Of a DNA stretch of 64,000 nt, positions 16,466-30,675 are shown in pieces. The position numbers were made by a program, and so were the translations under genes. Within the stretch, counting starts at the first letter, position 1; each line of letters starts with the position of its first letter. The notes under the pieces are model-generated. The model was given only the letters and a program-made list of their open reading frames with translations, did no database searches and was not told where the DNA came from. Location: the NCBI GenBank assembly GCA_964016885.1, contig OZ024740.1, forward strand, positions 378,076,001 to 378,140,000. The letters run 5' to 3'. Origin of the DNA: Eledone cirrhosa (lineage: Eukaryota).

Positions 16466-16487
16466 AAATACATATATATATATATAC

Positions 16488-16538
<51 letters not shown>

Positions 16539-16549
16539 CATATATATAC

Positions 16550-16748
<199 letters not shown>

Positions 16749-16789
16749 CATATATATATACATATATATATACATATATATATATATAC

Positions 16790-16827
<38 letters not shown>

Positions 16828-16853
16828 GTATATATATATATACATATATATAC

Positions 16854-16932
<79 letters not shown>

Positions 16933-16934
16933 TA

Positions 16935-18207
16935 TCATCATCATCATCATCATCATCATCAGGTTTAGCGTCCGTGTTCCACGCTTGCATGGGTTTGGAC
17001 GGGGGTTTTCCCACTTGAGGCAAGAGTGGTTGTCTTGCTCGCATAGGACTGTCTGGCGGGTTTTCTACAGTTGGATGCCCTTCCTAACACCAACCACATT
17101 TACAGTGTGGGACTGGGAGGTTTTTACCGTGTTGCCTACACGGCCACATTACAGCGTGGACTGTCTGGCGGGTTTTCTACAGCTGGATGCCCTTCCTAAC
17201 ACCAACCACATTTACAGTGTGGGGCTGGGAGGTTTTTACCGTGTTGCCTACACGGCCACATTTACAGCGTGGACTGTGTGTTTTTTTGTCGTGACACCTA
17301 CACGATCTCATTTGTTTCGGCCTGGATGTTGTGGGACCAACATAACTGTACATTGAAAGGGGCGGTATGGATGGGGTGGAGGTGGTGGGACGGGGGGGTG
17401 TTTTGATAGAGATGCCTACTGACTGTAGTAGGTTTTTACTTTGTATTTAGGTAAGGCGGGTCTTCTCTATTACTGAGTACCGCCAAAGGTCTCGGTCCAG
17501 TGACATTGTCTTGGAGAGGTGTAAGCGTGTGAGGTCGGAATTTATCAGCTCGTCCCATGTTTTTCTGGGTCTGCCTACTCCGTGGCTACCGTCTATCTTT
17601 ATTGCCCTGCACTTTGTTATACAGCTGTCGTCTTTCATGCGCATCACGTGACCGTACCAACGTAGCCTTCTCTCGAGTAAACAACATCTGATCCCTCTTA
17701 TTTCTAATTTTTTCCTTAGTTCGTTTATGCTTTGCCGTTCACGTATATTACTATTGCACATCCAGCGGAGCATGCAAGCTTCGTTCCTCTCTAGTCTGCG
17801 TATATCCTCTGCACACATGCCCAGGTCTCACTGCCATGCAGCATTGCTGTTCGTATGCAGGCATCGTATAACCTGCCTTTCATTTTTAGGGAGAACCCTC
17901 TAGCGGCTAATAGTGGTATAAGCTCTCTGAACTTTTTCCATCCAGTTCTGACTCTAGCTACTGTACTTTCAGTGCACCCTCCCCCACTGCTGATTTTGTC
18001 ACCCAGGTAACGGAAGCTGTCCACTATTTCTATAGAACCCTCTGCGCAGTTGAAGGAGCTAGTATTTTGTGGGCACTTGCTGCTACTTATTGCACCAGAG
18101 CACCGGCCACATGTAAAATCTATGTTCTTAGTTAGCTTACCTGTGATCCCACTACATCTTTTATGCACCCATACTTTGCATTTGGGACATAAAATGGAGT
18201 TTCTACC
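16935..18207 (-). mobile_element. 5'-truncated RTE LINE 3' fragment with long 3' UTR containing a ~111-bp tandem duplication (17047-17270)
   Basis: [35 protein letters not shown]; (GAT)n tail. Confidence 0.85.
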
Positions 18208-18869
<662 letters not shown>

Positions 18870-19063
18870 CGTTATTCCGGGTTGAATCGGAGGTAACCAC
18901 AGTAAGTAAGGTACTCAATACATAGCAGAGTATAACAGTTTTAATATAGATGAGATTCTACAGGACTAGAACTGTTTCATTAGAAATCATCAGGAATCTC
19001 TGATGATTTCTAATGAATGAAACAGTTCTAGTCCTGTAGAATCTCATCTATATTAAAACTATA
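18870..19063. mobile_element. Second copy of the hammerhead-bearing inverted hairpin element (both ribozymes damaged)
   Basis: Near-identical to 12601-12994 but without the spacer. The minus copy (18953-18999) lacks 4 nt of stem II; the plus copy (19000-19044) lacks the stem I 5' strand. Confidence 0.7.
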
Positions 19064-19070
19064 TATATAC

Positions 19071-19127
<57 letters not shown>

Positions 19128-19152
19128 TACATATACATATATATATATATAC

Positions 19153-19203
<51 letters not shown>

Positions 19204-19252
19204 CACATATATACATATACATATATATATATATATACATATATACATATAT

Positions 19253-19355
<103 letters not shown>

Positions 19356-19380
19356 CACATATATACATATATATATATAC

Positions 19381-19416
<36 letters not shown>

Positions 19417-19715
19417 ATACATATATATATACACATATATACATATATATATACACATATATACATATACATATATATATATACATATATATATATACAC
19501 ATATATACATATATATATACACATATATACATATATATATACACATATATACATATACATATATATATATACATATATATATATATACATATATATATAT
19601 ACATACATATATATATATATATATATACATACATATATATATATATATATATACATACATATATATATATATATACAAATATATATATACATACATATAT
19701 ATATATACATACATA

Positions 19716-19798
<83 letters not shown>

Positions 19799-19852
19799 AC
19801 ATACATATATATATATATATATATACATATATATACATATATATACATATAT

Positions 19853-20190
19853 TATTATTATTATCATCATTTTACGTCCGCTTTTCCCTGCTTGCAAGGG
19901 TGGGACGGGAACTGATTCTGGCTTGATTTCTACAGCTGGATGCCCTTCCTAACACCAACCTCATTTACAGTGAGTGCTGGGTGCTTTTTTTCCGTGGCAT
20001 CTACATATCCACTTTGCAGTGGAATGATAGGGACCCCAGTCCTATCATCTCATTTCTACAGCTGAGTAAACTGGAGCAGTGTGAAATAAAATGTCTTGCT
20101 CAGGGAAACAACACATCACCCATCTGAGAATTGAACTCACAACCTTTCGATTGCAAGGCCAATGCTCTAACCACTAAGCCATGTGCCTCC
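19853..20190 (-). mobile_element. tRNA-derived SINE, family B
   Basis: Full head GGAGGCACATGGCTTAGTGG, B-box and RTE-type tail; matches 2290-2625. Confidence 0.85.
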
Positions 20191-20219
20191 ATATATACAT
20201 ATATATATATATATGTATA

Positions 20220-20282
<63 letters not shown>

Positions 20283-20697
20283 ACATATATATATATATAT
20301 GTATATATATAGAGAAGAAATTAAAAGATGGTTAAAAAAGTTCCATATATTTTATTAAGCGCATTTCGAAAACAACATCATCCTGGGACAAAAATTGTGT
20401 TCTCATCAGATAAAATAAGGTAACATGATATGAGGCCTAAAAACACTTGTGAACAAGAAAGTGTCCATTCTACATATGACAAAAATATAAGAGAAGAGAA
20501 AAATAGGAAAAAATGAAGAAAAGGAAAGAAGAAGGAAAAAGGAAAAAAGAAAGAAAGAAGGAGGAGAGAGAAAGAGAATGAGAGAGAGAGACTTTTGATC
20601 AGGAACGCTGTGAAAATGAAAAATAGCGGCTAAAAAAAATAAATAAATAAATTGATGAGGTGTATGTGCTAATATTACAAATATTATAGGTCTAGAA

Positions 20698-22300
20698 CAC
20701 AGGTTCTCAACCCATTTAGGCCAAGCCTTTTGTCCCTCGAAATCACGAAACACCCCCCTACCCTATTTTTCCATTTTTCAATATACTACTGATTTTGATA
20801 TCAGTAGATTACTAAAAAATTGATTAACAATATTCCAAAGATACCATTGCAGGCAGCTGAGAGTATAAATACATTCCTTGAAAGGAAATAAATAAATTTC
20901 AAAAAAAAGAACATAAATGTTCTTTTTTATGAATAAGGACCAGTTGAATTTGTTATATTCCCACCAGACGATAGCAGCTATTTTGAACATTTATACAAGA
21001 GCAACTCTGTCTGTCCAAAGAGTGCTCTTATCTGGAAGAAAGTGGCAATTATATCATTTCAAAGCTTTCCCATTTTCCCTTTAATGAAACGGACAGAATA
21101 AATGTTGATATCTAACTTGATGCCCCCTCTGCTTTGTGAGCTTACAGACCACAGAAGAGGGTTTTCATGACCACGCGGGAGGGTATATTTATTAGTAAAT
21201 GGTAAAATATATACAACAAATGAGTAATTGAATTGTAGTAGATGGTTTCCAGTCCAGTCAGACTGCAACTAAAAATAAAAAAATTGTTAGTTTGCTTTGT
21301 AACAATAGCATATGCAAGTTTTGGGATAAATCAACTTACTTTAACTTTGACCTCATTTCATTGGGACCCTTGAGCTTCATGGAGTCTTGCTAACTCTTTG
21401 ATGTCAGGCTGGATTTTTGTAAGATGAAGCCGTAGATCTCCATGTGTAATTACATTGTAGCCTGGAAACAGCACCAAACTTCCTCTCGACTAAGTATGAG
21501 CTTGGAAAAGGCAGAGCAAATCTCTTAAACTCTGCATGTAGGAGTGGAAATCGAAGCTGAATTTCCTCTTGCATCCCAAAAAGGGAAATCTAATTTTGAT
21601 CATGTCATCTGTTTGAAGTTCAATGAATTCTTCCTGAAATTTAATATCCAAATCATCGACGTTAGCTATGAAGGCATCTGCTATCCACATTGGGATGTCC
21701 AGCGGCAAAAGGTTAACAAACCATTCTCTCATGTTGTCTTGTAGCACACGGAGGTGAGTGGTATAAATTTGGAGTTGGTCATCGCTTACAATGTTTTGAA
21801 CATTGGCGACACTAGGAAAATTATAGAATTCCCATCAACAAAGATTCCTTTCTATGACATTCAATTTGGCCAGGAATGTTTTTACAGCATTCCTTGCTTT
21901 AAGCAAGGTGATCTTCTTCCCCTGCAAAGCCAAAATGATGCTATTGCATTTTTTGAAGATGTCAGTGATGTCTTGCCTCACATCGAGGGTTTTTTTGTAC
22001 AGTTCTGTGTTGCATCCTCGCAGAAACTCAATGATAGAGTCGAAGAGTTCAAAAAAGTGAGTAAGGCACTTGCCTTTTGAAAGCCACCTCACTTCAGTAT
22101 GAAGGAGCAACTTGATGAATTCTTCATCATTGTCTTAGCACAGTTGCTGGAAAATTTGTTCATTGAGGGAATGCCGTTTGATAAAATTGATGACATCATT
22201 GGCTACCTGCAAGGACTTGCTCAGCGGCTCGCTGAGTTTCTTCGCAGCCAAGTCGATGAATGACACAATGAACAGCAAATACAGATAGATTTTCTCTCTT
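20698..22300 (-). mobile_element. Degenerate hAT (Buster/Charlie-type) DNA transposon
   Basis: LLLHTEVRWLSKGKCL and broken transposase frames at 21330-22300; TIR-like CACAGGTTCTCAAC preceded by a GTCTAGAA target-like octamer. Confidence 0.7.
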
Positions 22301-22367
22301 CAGAAGAGTGACGAAACCCTTATGTTGGCCGACCATTGCTCTTGCGTCGGCCATAGCACGATATAAT

Positions 22368-22770
22368 GTGTGTTGTATGTGGTCCTGGATATATGTATTA
22401 CCTGCCTGCGTGTTGTATGTAGTCCTAGATGTATGTATTACCTGCTTATGTATTGTATGTGGTCCTAGATGTATGTATTACCTGATTATGAGTTGTATGT
22501 GGTCCTAGATGTTTGTATTATCTGATTATGTGTTGTATGTGGTCCTAGATGTTTGTATTACCTGCTTATGTGTTGTATGTGGTCCTAGATGTATATATTA
22601 CCTGACTATGTGTTGTATGTGGTTCTAGATGTGTTTGCTACCTCCTTATGTGTTGCATGTGGTCCTAGATGTGTGTATTACCTGCTTATGTGTTGTATGT
22701 GGTCCTAGATGTGTGTATTATCTGATTATGTGTTGTATGTGGTCCTAGATGTGTGTTGCACCCGCTTGTG
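22368..22770 (+). repeat. 40-bp minisatellite, ~10 copies
   Basis: GGTCCTAGAT recurs every 40 bp from 22381 to 22741 (unit ~TGTGTTGTATGTGGTCCTAGATGTGTGTATTACCTGCTTA). Confidence 0.9.
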
Positions 22771-23146
22771 TTTTTTCTTTTCTTTTTTATTTGTAATATT
22801 ATTTATACAATAGGGAATAAAATAGATCTACATAGTGTTAATTTGTTACTGTTGAGTAAATAGTTTCCTAGGAAATATATTGTTATCGGTGAAGGAAAGA
22901 TAAGATTCTAACTGGCTGCGCTCAAAGTGTCCTTGACCCAGTTGACTGTGGGTTTTTCCATTTTTAGGATCTCAATTGCCGGTTAATGTCTAAACGCGCC
23001 TGCACACCTGCAGTCAGACCATAGTTATGCTGTCTGCATGCTCATTCAAATGCATTCACACTGGCTGTCTCAAAGACATACAAATATGGCTTATAAAACA
23101 TACAAAAGTAAAGAGCTTTCAGCCCCCCAAAGCTGCAAACGCCCCC

Positions 23147-23895
23147 CTAACGCCCCCTTGTAGTTCTGGGTGCTGAGTCTTGCTGCCACACGTTCGGCCT
23201 ACCTGCAGCTACCTGGTCGATCCAGGGCTTTACTACCTCGCTCAGAACGCAGATGTAGCCATCGGTGTTCAGCTTGAGGCCCTCAGGGAAGAAGTAAGGT
23301 GGCATGATGTCACCTTGACTGCTGACGACACCTAAGACCAATGTTGTCGCTGGAAACTTTGTCTGCATGACTCTGGGCATGTCTTTTGATGAGACAGCGA
23401 GCCACCTGTTGTTCTGGGAGTTGATCTTCTGGTCTTGGCAGAAGTTTTTCTCGTCGGAGAAAAACCACAGCATGTCTGGCTCCAGTGGGTGTTTCAACTT
23501 TTTGATCAGCTTCTTTACATGCTTCAGTCACTTTTCTTACATCGCCTTTGACAGAAATTGTCCTTTCCTCATCTTGTATGAAACGTAGCGAATGTCTTCA
23601 TGTACCACCAGCCTAATGAGCTTTTCATCCACGCCTTTCTCCCTTGCAATGGCACGCATCGACTTGCTAGGTTCATTGTTGATGATATCCTGAACTTCAA
23701 CGACGAACTCGGGTGTTCTGAAGGCGTCAGATCATTGATCATGTGTTTTCCTCTCTGATGTTGCTTCGTAGTCAAATCCTGAATCTTCCAATTCCTTTCT
23801 GACGTTTTCCACCATTCTCCTGCTGACGCTGAGAAAGTCTGAAATTTCCTTATTTGTCCTCCCGGCGCGGATTCCAAGAAGAACTCCGTGTCTCT
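23147..23895 (-). mobile_element. Tc1/mariner (maT/DD37D-like) transposase fragment
   Basis: WFFSDEKNF..QNNRW..GVVSSQG..PYFFPEGLKLNT..WQQDSAP; frameshifted and truncated before the third Asp. Confidence 0.75.
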
Positions 23896-23904
23896 TCTAC
23901 AAAT

Positions 23905-25015
23905 TTGGAGGTTCAAAATTATTCATGACTTCCTAATCATCGCAGGTGATTTTAACGGACACGTAGAGAAGGTGTAGGTAAGAACTCCATTCTCTGCCCC
24001 AAATGCAAACAATGGGTACACAAGAGATGTAGCGGCATCTTAGGAAGCTTAATTAAGAATGTAGACTTCACATGTAGCAGCTGTGCTGGGACAGCAAGTA
24101 GCAAACAGCCACAGGAAACAAGTACCACCAATCTCTGGGATGGCTCTGTAGAAACAGTAGACAGCTTCTGCTACCTAGGTGACCGAATTAGCAGCGGAGG
24201 TGGGTGTTCAGAAAGTACAATAACTAGGGTAAGAACGGGATGGAAGAAGTTCAAGAAACTACTGCCACTGCTAGCTGCAAAAGGCTTCTCCCTCAAAATG
24301 AAAGGCAGACTGTATGATGCGTGTATTCGAACAGCAACGTTACATGGTAGTGAGACCTGGGCGCTGAAGGTGAAAGACTTACGTAGATTAGAAAGAAACG
24401 AAGCCTGCATGCTCCGATGGATGTGTAATAGTAATATACGCGAACGGCAAAGCATAAATGAATTGAGAGAGAGACTGAGCATAAGAGGAATCAAATGCTC
24501 TGTGCAGGAGAGGCGGTTGCGTTGGTATGGACATGTGATGCGTATGAAGGATGACAGCTGCATAAAAAGGTGCAGAGCATTAGAAGTCAATGGAAACCGC
24601 GGAGTGGGGAGACCCAAGAAGACCTGGGATAAGGTGATAAAAGCCGACCTTACCCAATTACACCTCTCAAAGACAATGACACACGACCGTGACTTCTGGC
24701 ATCACGCAGTAATGGGTACAAGATGAAGCATATAGACAATATGCCCCCACACCCTCCCACTGCAAGGTGGTCGTGGAGCACCCAGCCCACACTGTAAAGT
24801 GGACGTGTAGGCACCACGGAAAAAAAAGCACCCAGCACTCACTGTAAATGAGGTTGGTGTTAGGAAGGGCATCCAGCTGTAGAAATCAAGCCAAACTCAG
24901 TTCCTGTATGAGCAAGGCATGGTCAGCCGACCAGACACTGCCCACAATAGGACAACCCATCTAACCCATGCTAGCATGGAAGAACGGACGTAAAACGGTG
25001 ATGATGATGATGATA
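23905..25015 (+). mobile_element. RTE LINE 3' fragment
   Basis: LHGSETW, RRLRWYGHV, GRPKKTW; 3' UTR with GTTAGGAAGGGCATCCAGC and a (GAT)n tail. Confidence 0.85.
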
Positions 25016-25148
25016 ATGAATCAATTATTCTGAAAATAAATAATGGAAATATAGTCACTGTTTTTATGAAGACAAGAGTGACAACGGAAGTAAAAAATAT
25101 TTGCATAAAATTAGCAGTTGAAAATTGCGAACAAATATCATTCGCACC

Positions 25149-25189
<41 letters not shown>

Positions 25190-25218
25190 TGTATATATAT
25201 ATATATGTATATATCTAT

Positions 25219-25791
25219 CTAGGGCGGGTAAAATTCCCGAGATCCATGGACGAGTTCTCTCCAGCGGTCTCTGTCTCTCATTATCGCTGCCATGTCCTGC
25301 GTCTCCAACAGACCAGTGTCTGTCCTTAGGGCATCAACATACGTTAACCTTGGTCTTCTTCTTCCAGTGTGTCCATGTAGGGGCTCCCATGTAGGCGGGA
25401 AGCCGCTAGAATTGGTTGAGGACTTCCTGTATTTGGGAGCAAAGATTGGGAATACGGAAGATGATGTGGTTGAGAGGAAGAGCAGAGCCTGGGCGGCGTG
25501 CCACAGCTTGAGATCGGTGTGGAAGTCGGACCTTCGTAAAGACCTGAAAATTCGCCTCTTCATTGCTGTAGTGGAGTCTGTGCTGCTGTACGGGTCTGAG
25601 ACTTGGACACTGACCAAGAAACTCACTCAGATGGTGGATGGGTGCTACACGAGAATGCTGAGGATGGCTCTGAACATTAATCAGTATACACTGAGGATGA
25701 AAAACTCAGAGCTGTATGGGGGCCTCCCAAAAGTCACCTCAAAAGTGACACAGAGGAGACTGAGGTTAGCTGGACATGCTCACCGACATCC
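25219..25791. mobile_element. RTE-like LINE 3' fragment with inverted 5' segment
   Basis: Minus 25219-~25390 encodes WEPLHG..RPRLTYVD..RDRWR (C-terminus); plus ~25390-25791 encodes the preceding FLYLG..LLYGSETW..RLAGHAHRHP. Confidence 0.75.
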
Positions 25792-25855
<64 letters not shown>

Positions 25856-26377
25856 CTAAACTATAATAAAGTAAAGAGCACAGGGCTGCGTACGGTTTAT
25901 AATTTTTCATACCCATTAGTAAAATATGTTGAATTACTTTGAATAAATAATGAATGAATATTACATAATTTATCTACTAAATTTCGTGGCTGTTCATTAA
26001 ATATATTTTATTACTTATTTAAAGATTCACTTCTTTCAAATGTTAAAATGTCAACACTTCCGGTTAGCGGTCGCTTAAATAAATATTCATATATTTCTGT
26101 CCCTAATTTTCTCCCAATATGGTATTTAGTCACTTTTTTTTTTTTTTTTTAAATTTTTTTTGATGGAAGATAATATTAGAGAAAAGCAATGAAGAATGAC
26201 ATGATGCTGAATGAAAATGCAGTTCATACATAATATCGTCTTTTTTTAATGTATCATGGATTACGTTACTGATTACATAAGCCTTCGTTCAATTTATGTG
26301 TATATTGTCAATTACGATTTTATTTGATGTATCATATCTACATGCATATATAATATCAATATACACACTATATATGC

Positions 26378-26413
26378 TAGAAAAACCACCCGAAGGGTTG
26401 TTTTTCTGCTAGT
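26378..26413 (+). other. Hairpin followed by CTAGT, possible Helitron 3' terminus
   Basis: AGAAAAAC-CACCCGAAGGGTT-GTTTTTCT then GCTAGT; 5' end not identified. Confidence 0.3.
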
Positions 26414-26608
26414 ATATTTAATATAGAAGAGCTTCTACTGGACTAGAACTGTTTCATTCGTGAGAAATCATCAGGAAGCTCCGGATGATTTCTCACGAAT
26501 GAAACAGTTCTAGTCCTCTAAAAGCTCTTCTATATTAAATATTTATACTCTGCTTTGTATTGAGTACCTTACTGTGGTCCCCCCCCCCCCCCCCCCGATT
26601 GAATAAAC
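26411..26608. mobile_element. Third, diverged copy of the hammerhead-bearing inverted hairpin element
   Basis: Minus hammerhead 26429-26481 GAGCUUC CUGAUGA..GAAA..UA GAAGCUC; the plus copy has a CGGAUGA core; the 3' extension matches the reverse complement of 12601-12665. Confidence 0.7.
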
Positions 26609-29600
26609 TTATATATATGCAACTTCTGATTGGCTTGCAAGCATATTATTATAGTTCGTATATTGCCCTTTCATCTCCCCTTTGATCTTCGCAACCTAGG
26701 CCCAGCTACCATCTTGCAAGTTAAATGCCCTTCTCTATCTATTTTATGGAGGCAGCTTCATTCCAAACTGTCTCAGACTGCCACTTATTATTCCTAGTAG
26801 CATTACTCTGACAGTTCCAATAGTTATTAAATTCTTTCTTGGATTATAGAGATATGACTTTTCAGCTGCAGGGAAGTCAACCACATAAACCTAACAATCA
26901 ATGGAAAGGGTTTTTCTCTCACTACATGGAAAAGACATGAACTCCACAAGCTGAAGCAAAGGCAACCTAAGTAACCCTGAATAAAAACTGCTTCAGGGAA
27001 AGAGTGACACTATACAAAGAGTGTCACTGCCATTACAGCTATAACTAAGCCACCTTCTCCCTACACTATATCATGGAGACAAACATTATTCCTAACGACC
27101 TTAGAGTGTACTGTGAGTCTCTTTAATTACTAAACCTCTTCCCTACATCATTTCTTTTCACAATTTTAGTTAAGGAAAGAAGGACAGTTTCTATGATCTC
27201 CAAGACTAGTAGGAAGTTACCTTCAAACTGGAGATCTGGTTTGAATGCTTGCAACAGAGTGAACTCTGCTATAAGCACTGGAGGTGCTATATGGTGGTGT
27301 TAAACTGTGTGATGAATTAAATCTACCAGTTATGAACTCAGAACACAAAGAACTAAAACAAACACTGAAAAGCATCTAATCTGATGCTCTAACAAATCTG
27401 CCAATCCACTGCCCTGGACTGATATGTCCCACACTCTAATGATTCTGCCAATTCACCACCATTGTGGAGAGACATAGCTCCTCAGCTGTAGTGAAAACAA
27501 CCTGATTAGGGAGTTGAGCACTCAGAACAAACCAGAGAGCATACTAAAATGGTCCTACCCTTGCAGTAAAGACGGCCGGTCTAAGAGAGTAACAGCTCGG
27601 AATAAAAACCAATAGAGGTTACAGGCAACTTCTATAGAGCTGATGGCATGATAAAATGCACTCTCTCCATGCTGTGAAGTGGTTGGCAATAATAAGAGAA
27701 TCCAATTGCAAAATCCATACTAAAAAAAGAATGAATGATTGGAGAAAACACAGTTTTGGAAGGCAACAGTGAAGGTAACTCGTCTAGTAAAAGTTATTCT
27801 GGATAAAATCTATTACAATTCCATTCACATCAAATGTGCATTATAGAAATATAAATTAAACCAGTACTTGACTGAAACTTTATTTTAGCATGCCCTAGTT
27901 GACAAAAGGCAAAGTTGGATCGCAGCAGATTTAGAACTCAGATGTAAAGGACAATAACTAAACGCCTGGAATATTTTGTCCGATGCTATAGCGATTCTGT
28001 CAATTCACACGGACACAGACATCTTTTGTACTAGAGGTACGATAAAATCCATCGAGCTTGCGCTCTAAATTGGTTGGTGATAGGGCGGACATCCAACAGG
28101 AAAGAACGGACGTAAAATGTTGCCGTATTAAGGTTAGGAGGTTATATAATTTTATAAACAATCTCCATCAAAACCTCACATGTTTTTAAATAAAGTTTAT
28201 TCAAATGATCTTATAATGATTTTTTTAATCGTTAGGATTTTTAGTTACTCAATAGATGAATGAATTTGAAGGAATCTTCAATTGAAGAGTTTAAAGTCTC
28301 ATGAAATATGAATATATCTGTAAAAATAAACACTGTTGATCAAGTTTGTACCTGTTTATAACGAGTCGAGAATCCACAACAAATACACTCATATCTCAAG
28401 TTAAATTCACTGGTTATAAAATCTGACATATACAGTGTGGCTGTAGATAAATCATTTCTAACCAGAGGTCTTTGTTTAGTTTAGACTGCAATTAATAGTC
28501 ACTTCGTTAAGTTATGTCAAATTTGACATGTTAAGTGGCTATAAAAATTGTTTTGTAAATATATTTGAAGCTTACTATATTCCAAAGAACAGTATCAAAT
28601 ATTTTAGTATATTTTCGTGAAGTCTCATGCCTTGGATACTCAGTCAAAATTTGTTTTGTTATAAAACCTAAAATAACTGACGTGCACACTTCTAGATTAG
28701 CATGGATTTGACCGACATTGATATGATAGCTATTGCTTGCAAGTTTCTTTTATAGTGACCACCAAAATATATATAATACGTAGTATAATATAATTTTAGA
28801 CTTCTTTTTTTCTGGTACGGATGATTCTCTAAAATCTATTTTGGACTGTAGCCATAATGTTATCTTAACTTTAATCTACAACTGATTAAGCTGTCGTGAT
28901 AGATCATTTTTTTGGGGGGGGGGGGGGGGGGGGGTTTATTGATCGCAAACACAAAAACTGCATTAGTACATTTTAACATTGAACTAAGAGTGCAATGGCA
29001 AAGTGCCAGGAATTACACTACACTTCTGCAATACAAAATTCTTTTATTTCAAACACAAATGCCATAGTATATGCCATATTCTAAAAGGAATTTTAATAAT
29101 TTAGTTGACATTGACGCGATCCTACACTCCTTGGAGAGATTTATAAAATCTAAATAAATTATAAACTTTAACAGGTTATTAGTTTTTGATTATCTTCTCT
29201 CTCATCTTCAGAAAAAAAACATATATATTGCAGAGCTCTTTTGGGTTTTCTCTCCCTCTAAGCATATGTTTTTGTTTTGCCAACCTCATGAGCAAATTGT
29301 CCTATGAACTCTGTGGAACTTATTCAACTAAGATACTAAAGTTATATTGGACTGTCAACTATTTGTTATGATTTTTTTGTTTCAAACTTTAAAAAACGGG
29401 ATTCCCAGTTTTTATTATATTTTCTAAGCAAAAAGGTCATTTCGAAATATCCACACTTCAATAGTAATATATATTTGGTCATCTTTCGTTATTTTAATAG
29501 CTACGAAATAAAAGATGTTGACGAGTACCCAAAACAAAAACTGTGAAGAGGGTTATGGTTTAATACAAAAGTAACGTCAGTGTGATAGTTGCACACCAAG

Positions 29601-30025
29601 ATGTGTTTAATTGTTATTTATTTGTGATCTACATATTATTCTTTATATTTAATCGAAGTAATCCGGGATTTTATTAAATAACCCCCAACCGAATTATTTT
29701 TTTAAATAACCGCTAAAACTTTTAAATGATGAGCTCCGACAAAAATCCTTGTGGGGGCAGATACATAAACTATACGATTCTTTAGTTATATCACTTTTCA
29801 TAACATTTCATATTTGTATTTCCTCATTAAGAGATAAATAATTGGTGTATCAGATCAGCTATCTCTGTTGCAGAGCCACAAAAAATCGATTGATATCTGT
29901 CACCTTTATCCCTAAAATATTCGGCAGGTACCAAAATAAAAACGCGCAAAATGTGAACATATGAACAAAAGAGAAAGAAAAGGGCAGAAAAGAACAAAGA
30001 AAATATTGAAGAAACTATTTCCTAC

Positions 30026-30675
30026 CTAATAAAATCCATTATACGGTTTCCATTAATGTAGTACATAATATTTCCGTGTATTGACTCCAGATGTTTATTA
30101 GAACAAAGATTGGGTAGTTTAGAATCCAAGTGACACTTCTGAGTACAAATCCATTTATTTTCTGTTGTGCCAACATAATCTACAGATGGTCCCAAAAAGG
30201 GCTGTCCCTCGTTTCCATCACAGTGTAATCCAATGCGAACATAATAACCGATTAATAATCCCATAAGGAAAATAATTAGAATAGCCAAGCCGATCAAAAA
30301 TAAAACAGAATTTGAACCACATCCATGTAAAGACCAGAACCAGCTTCGTTTGGTTCGGAAAAGGCCAGATGAAATGGGGAGAGGTGAATAACTAGCACTT
30401 AATACGGCTGAGTTATTTGTTCTGTTATAAGTTTTATCATGAGCACCACTACAACCGCTGATCCATTTATAACGTAATGGTTTTGATAGGTTACTATTGT
30501 TAGCTAAAAGTTGTTGAACTTCGTTATCTTCAGTATTACACAATTTTGTGACAGGTACTGCACTCCATGGTTTCAATAAAAGTCTGTTTGGTTCACTCGA
30601 AGCTCTATTGTTACAAATATCTTCATCCAACCTTACAGTAGCCAAGTCTAAAGAAGAGAGCCTATCCGTCGCCAT
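30026..30675 (-). CDS. First coding exon of the M28B-family type II membrane protein (cytoplasmic tail, TM helix, stalk)
   Basis: aatATGG start at 30675, long open frame, hydrophobic VLFLIGLAILIIFLMGLLIGYYV, donor AG|GTAGG at 30025; splices in phase to 3020. Confidence 0.75.

Noticed and set aside
22368-22770. Regular 40-bp repeats resembling a CRISPR array
   Set aside because: No unique spacers, eukaryotic context and no cas genes; it is a minisatellite.
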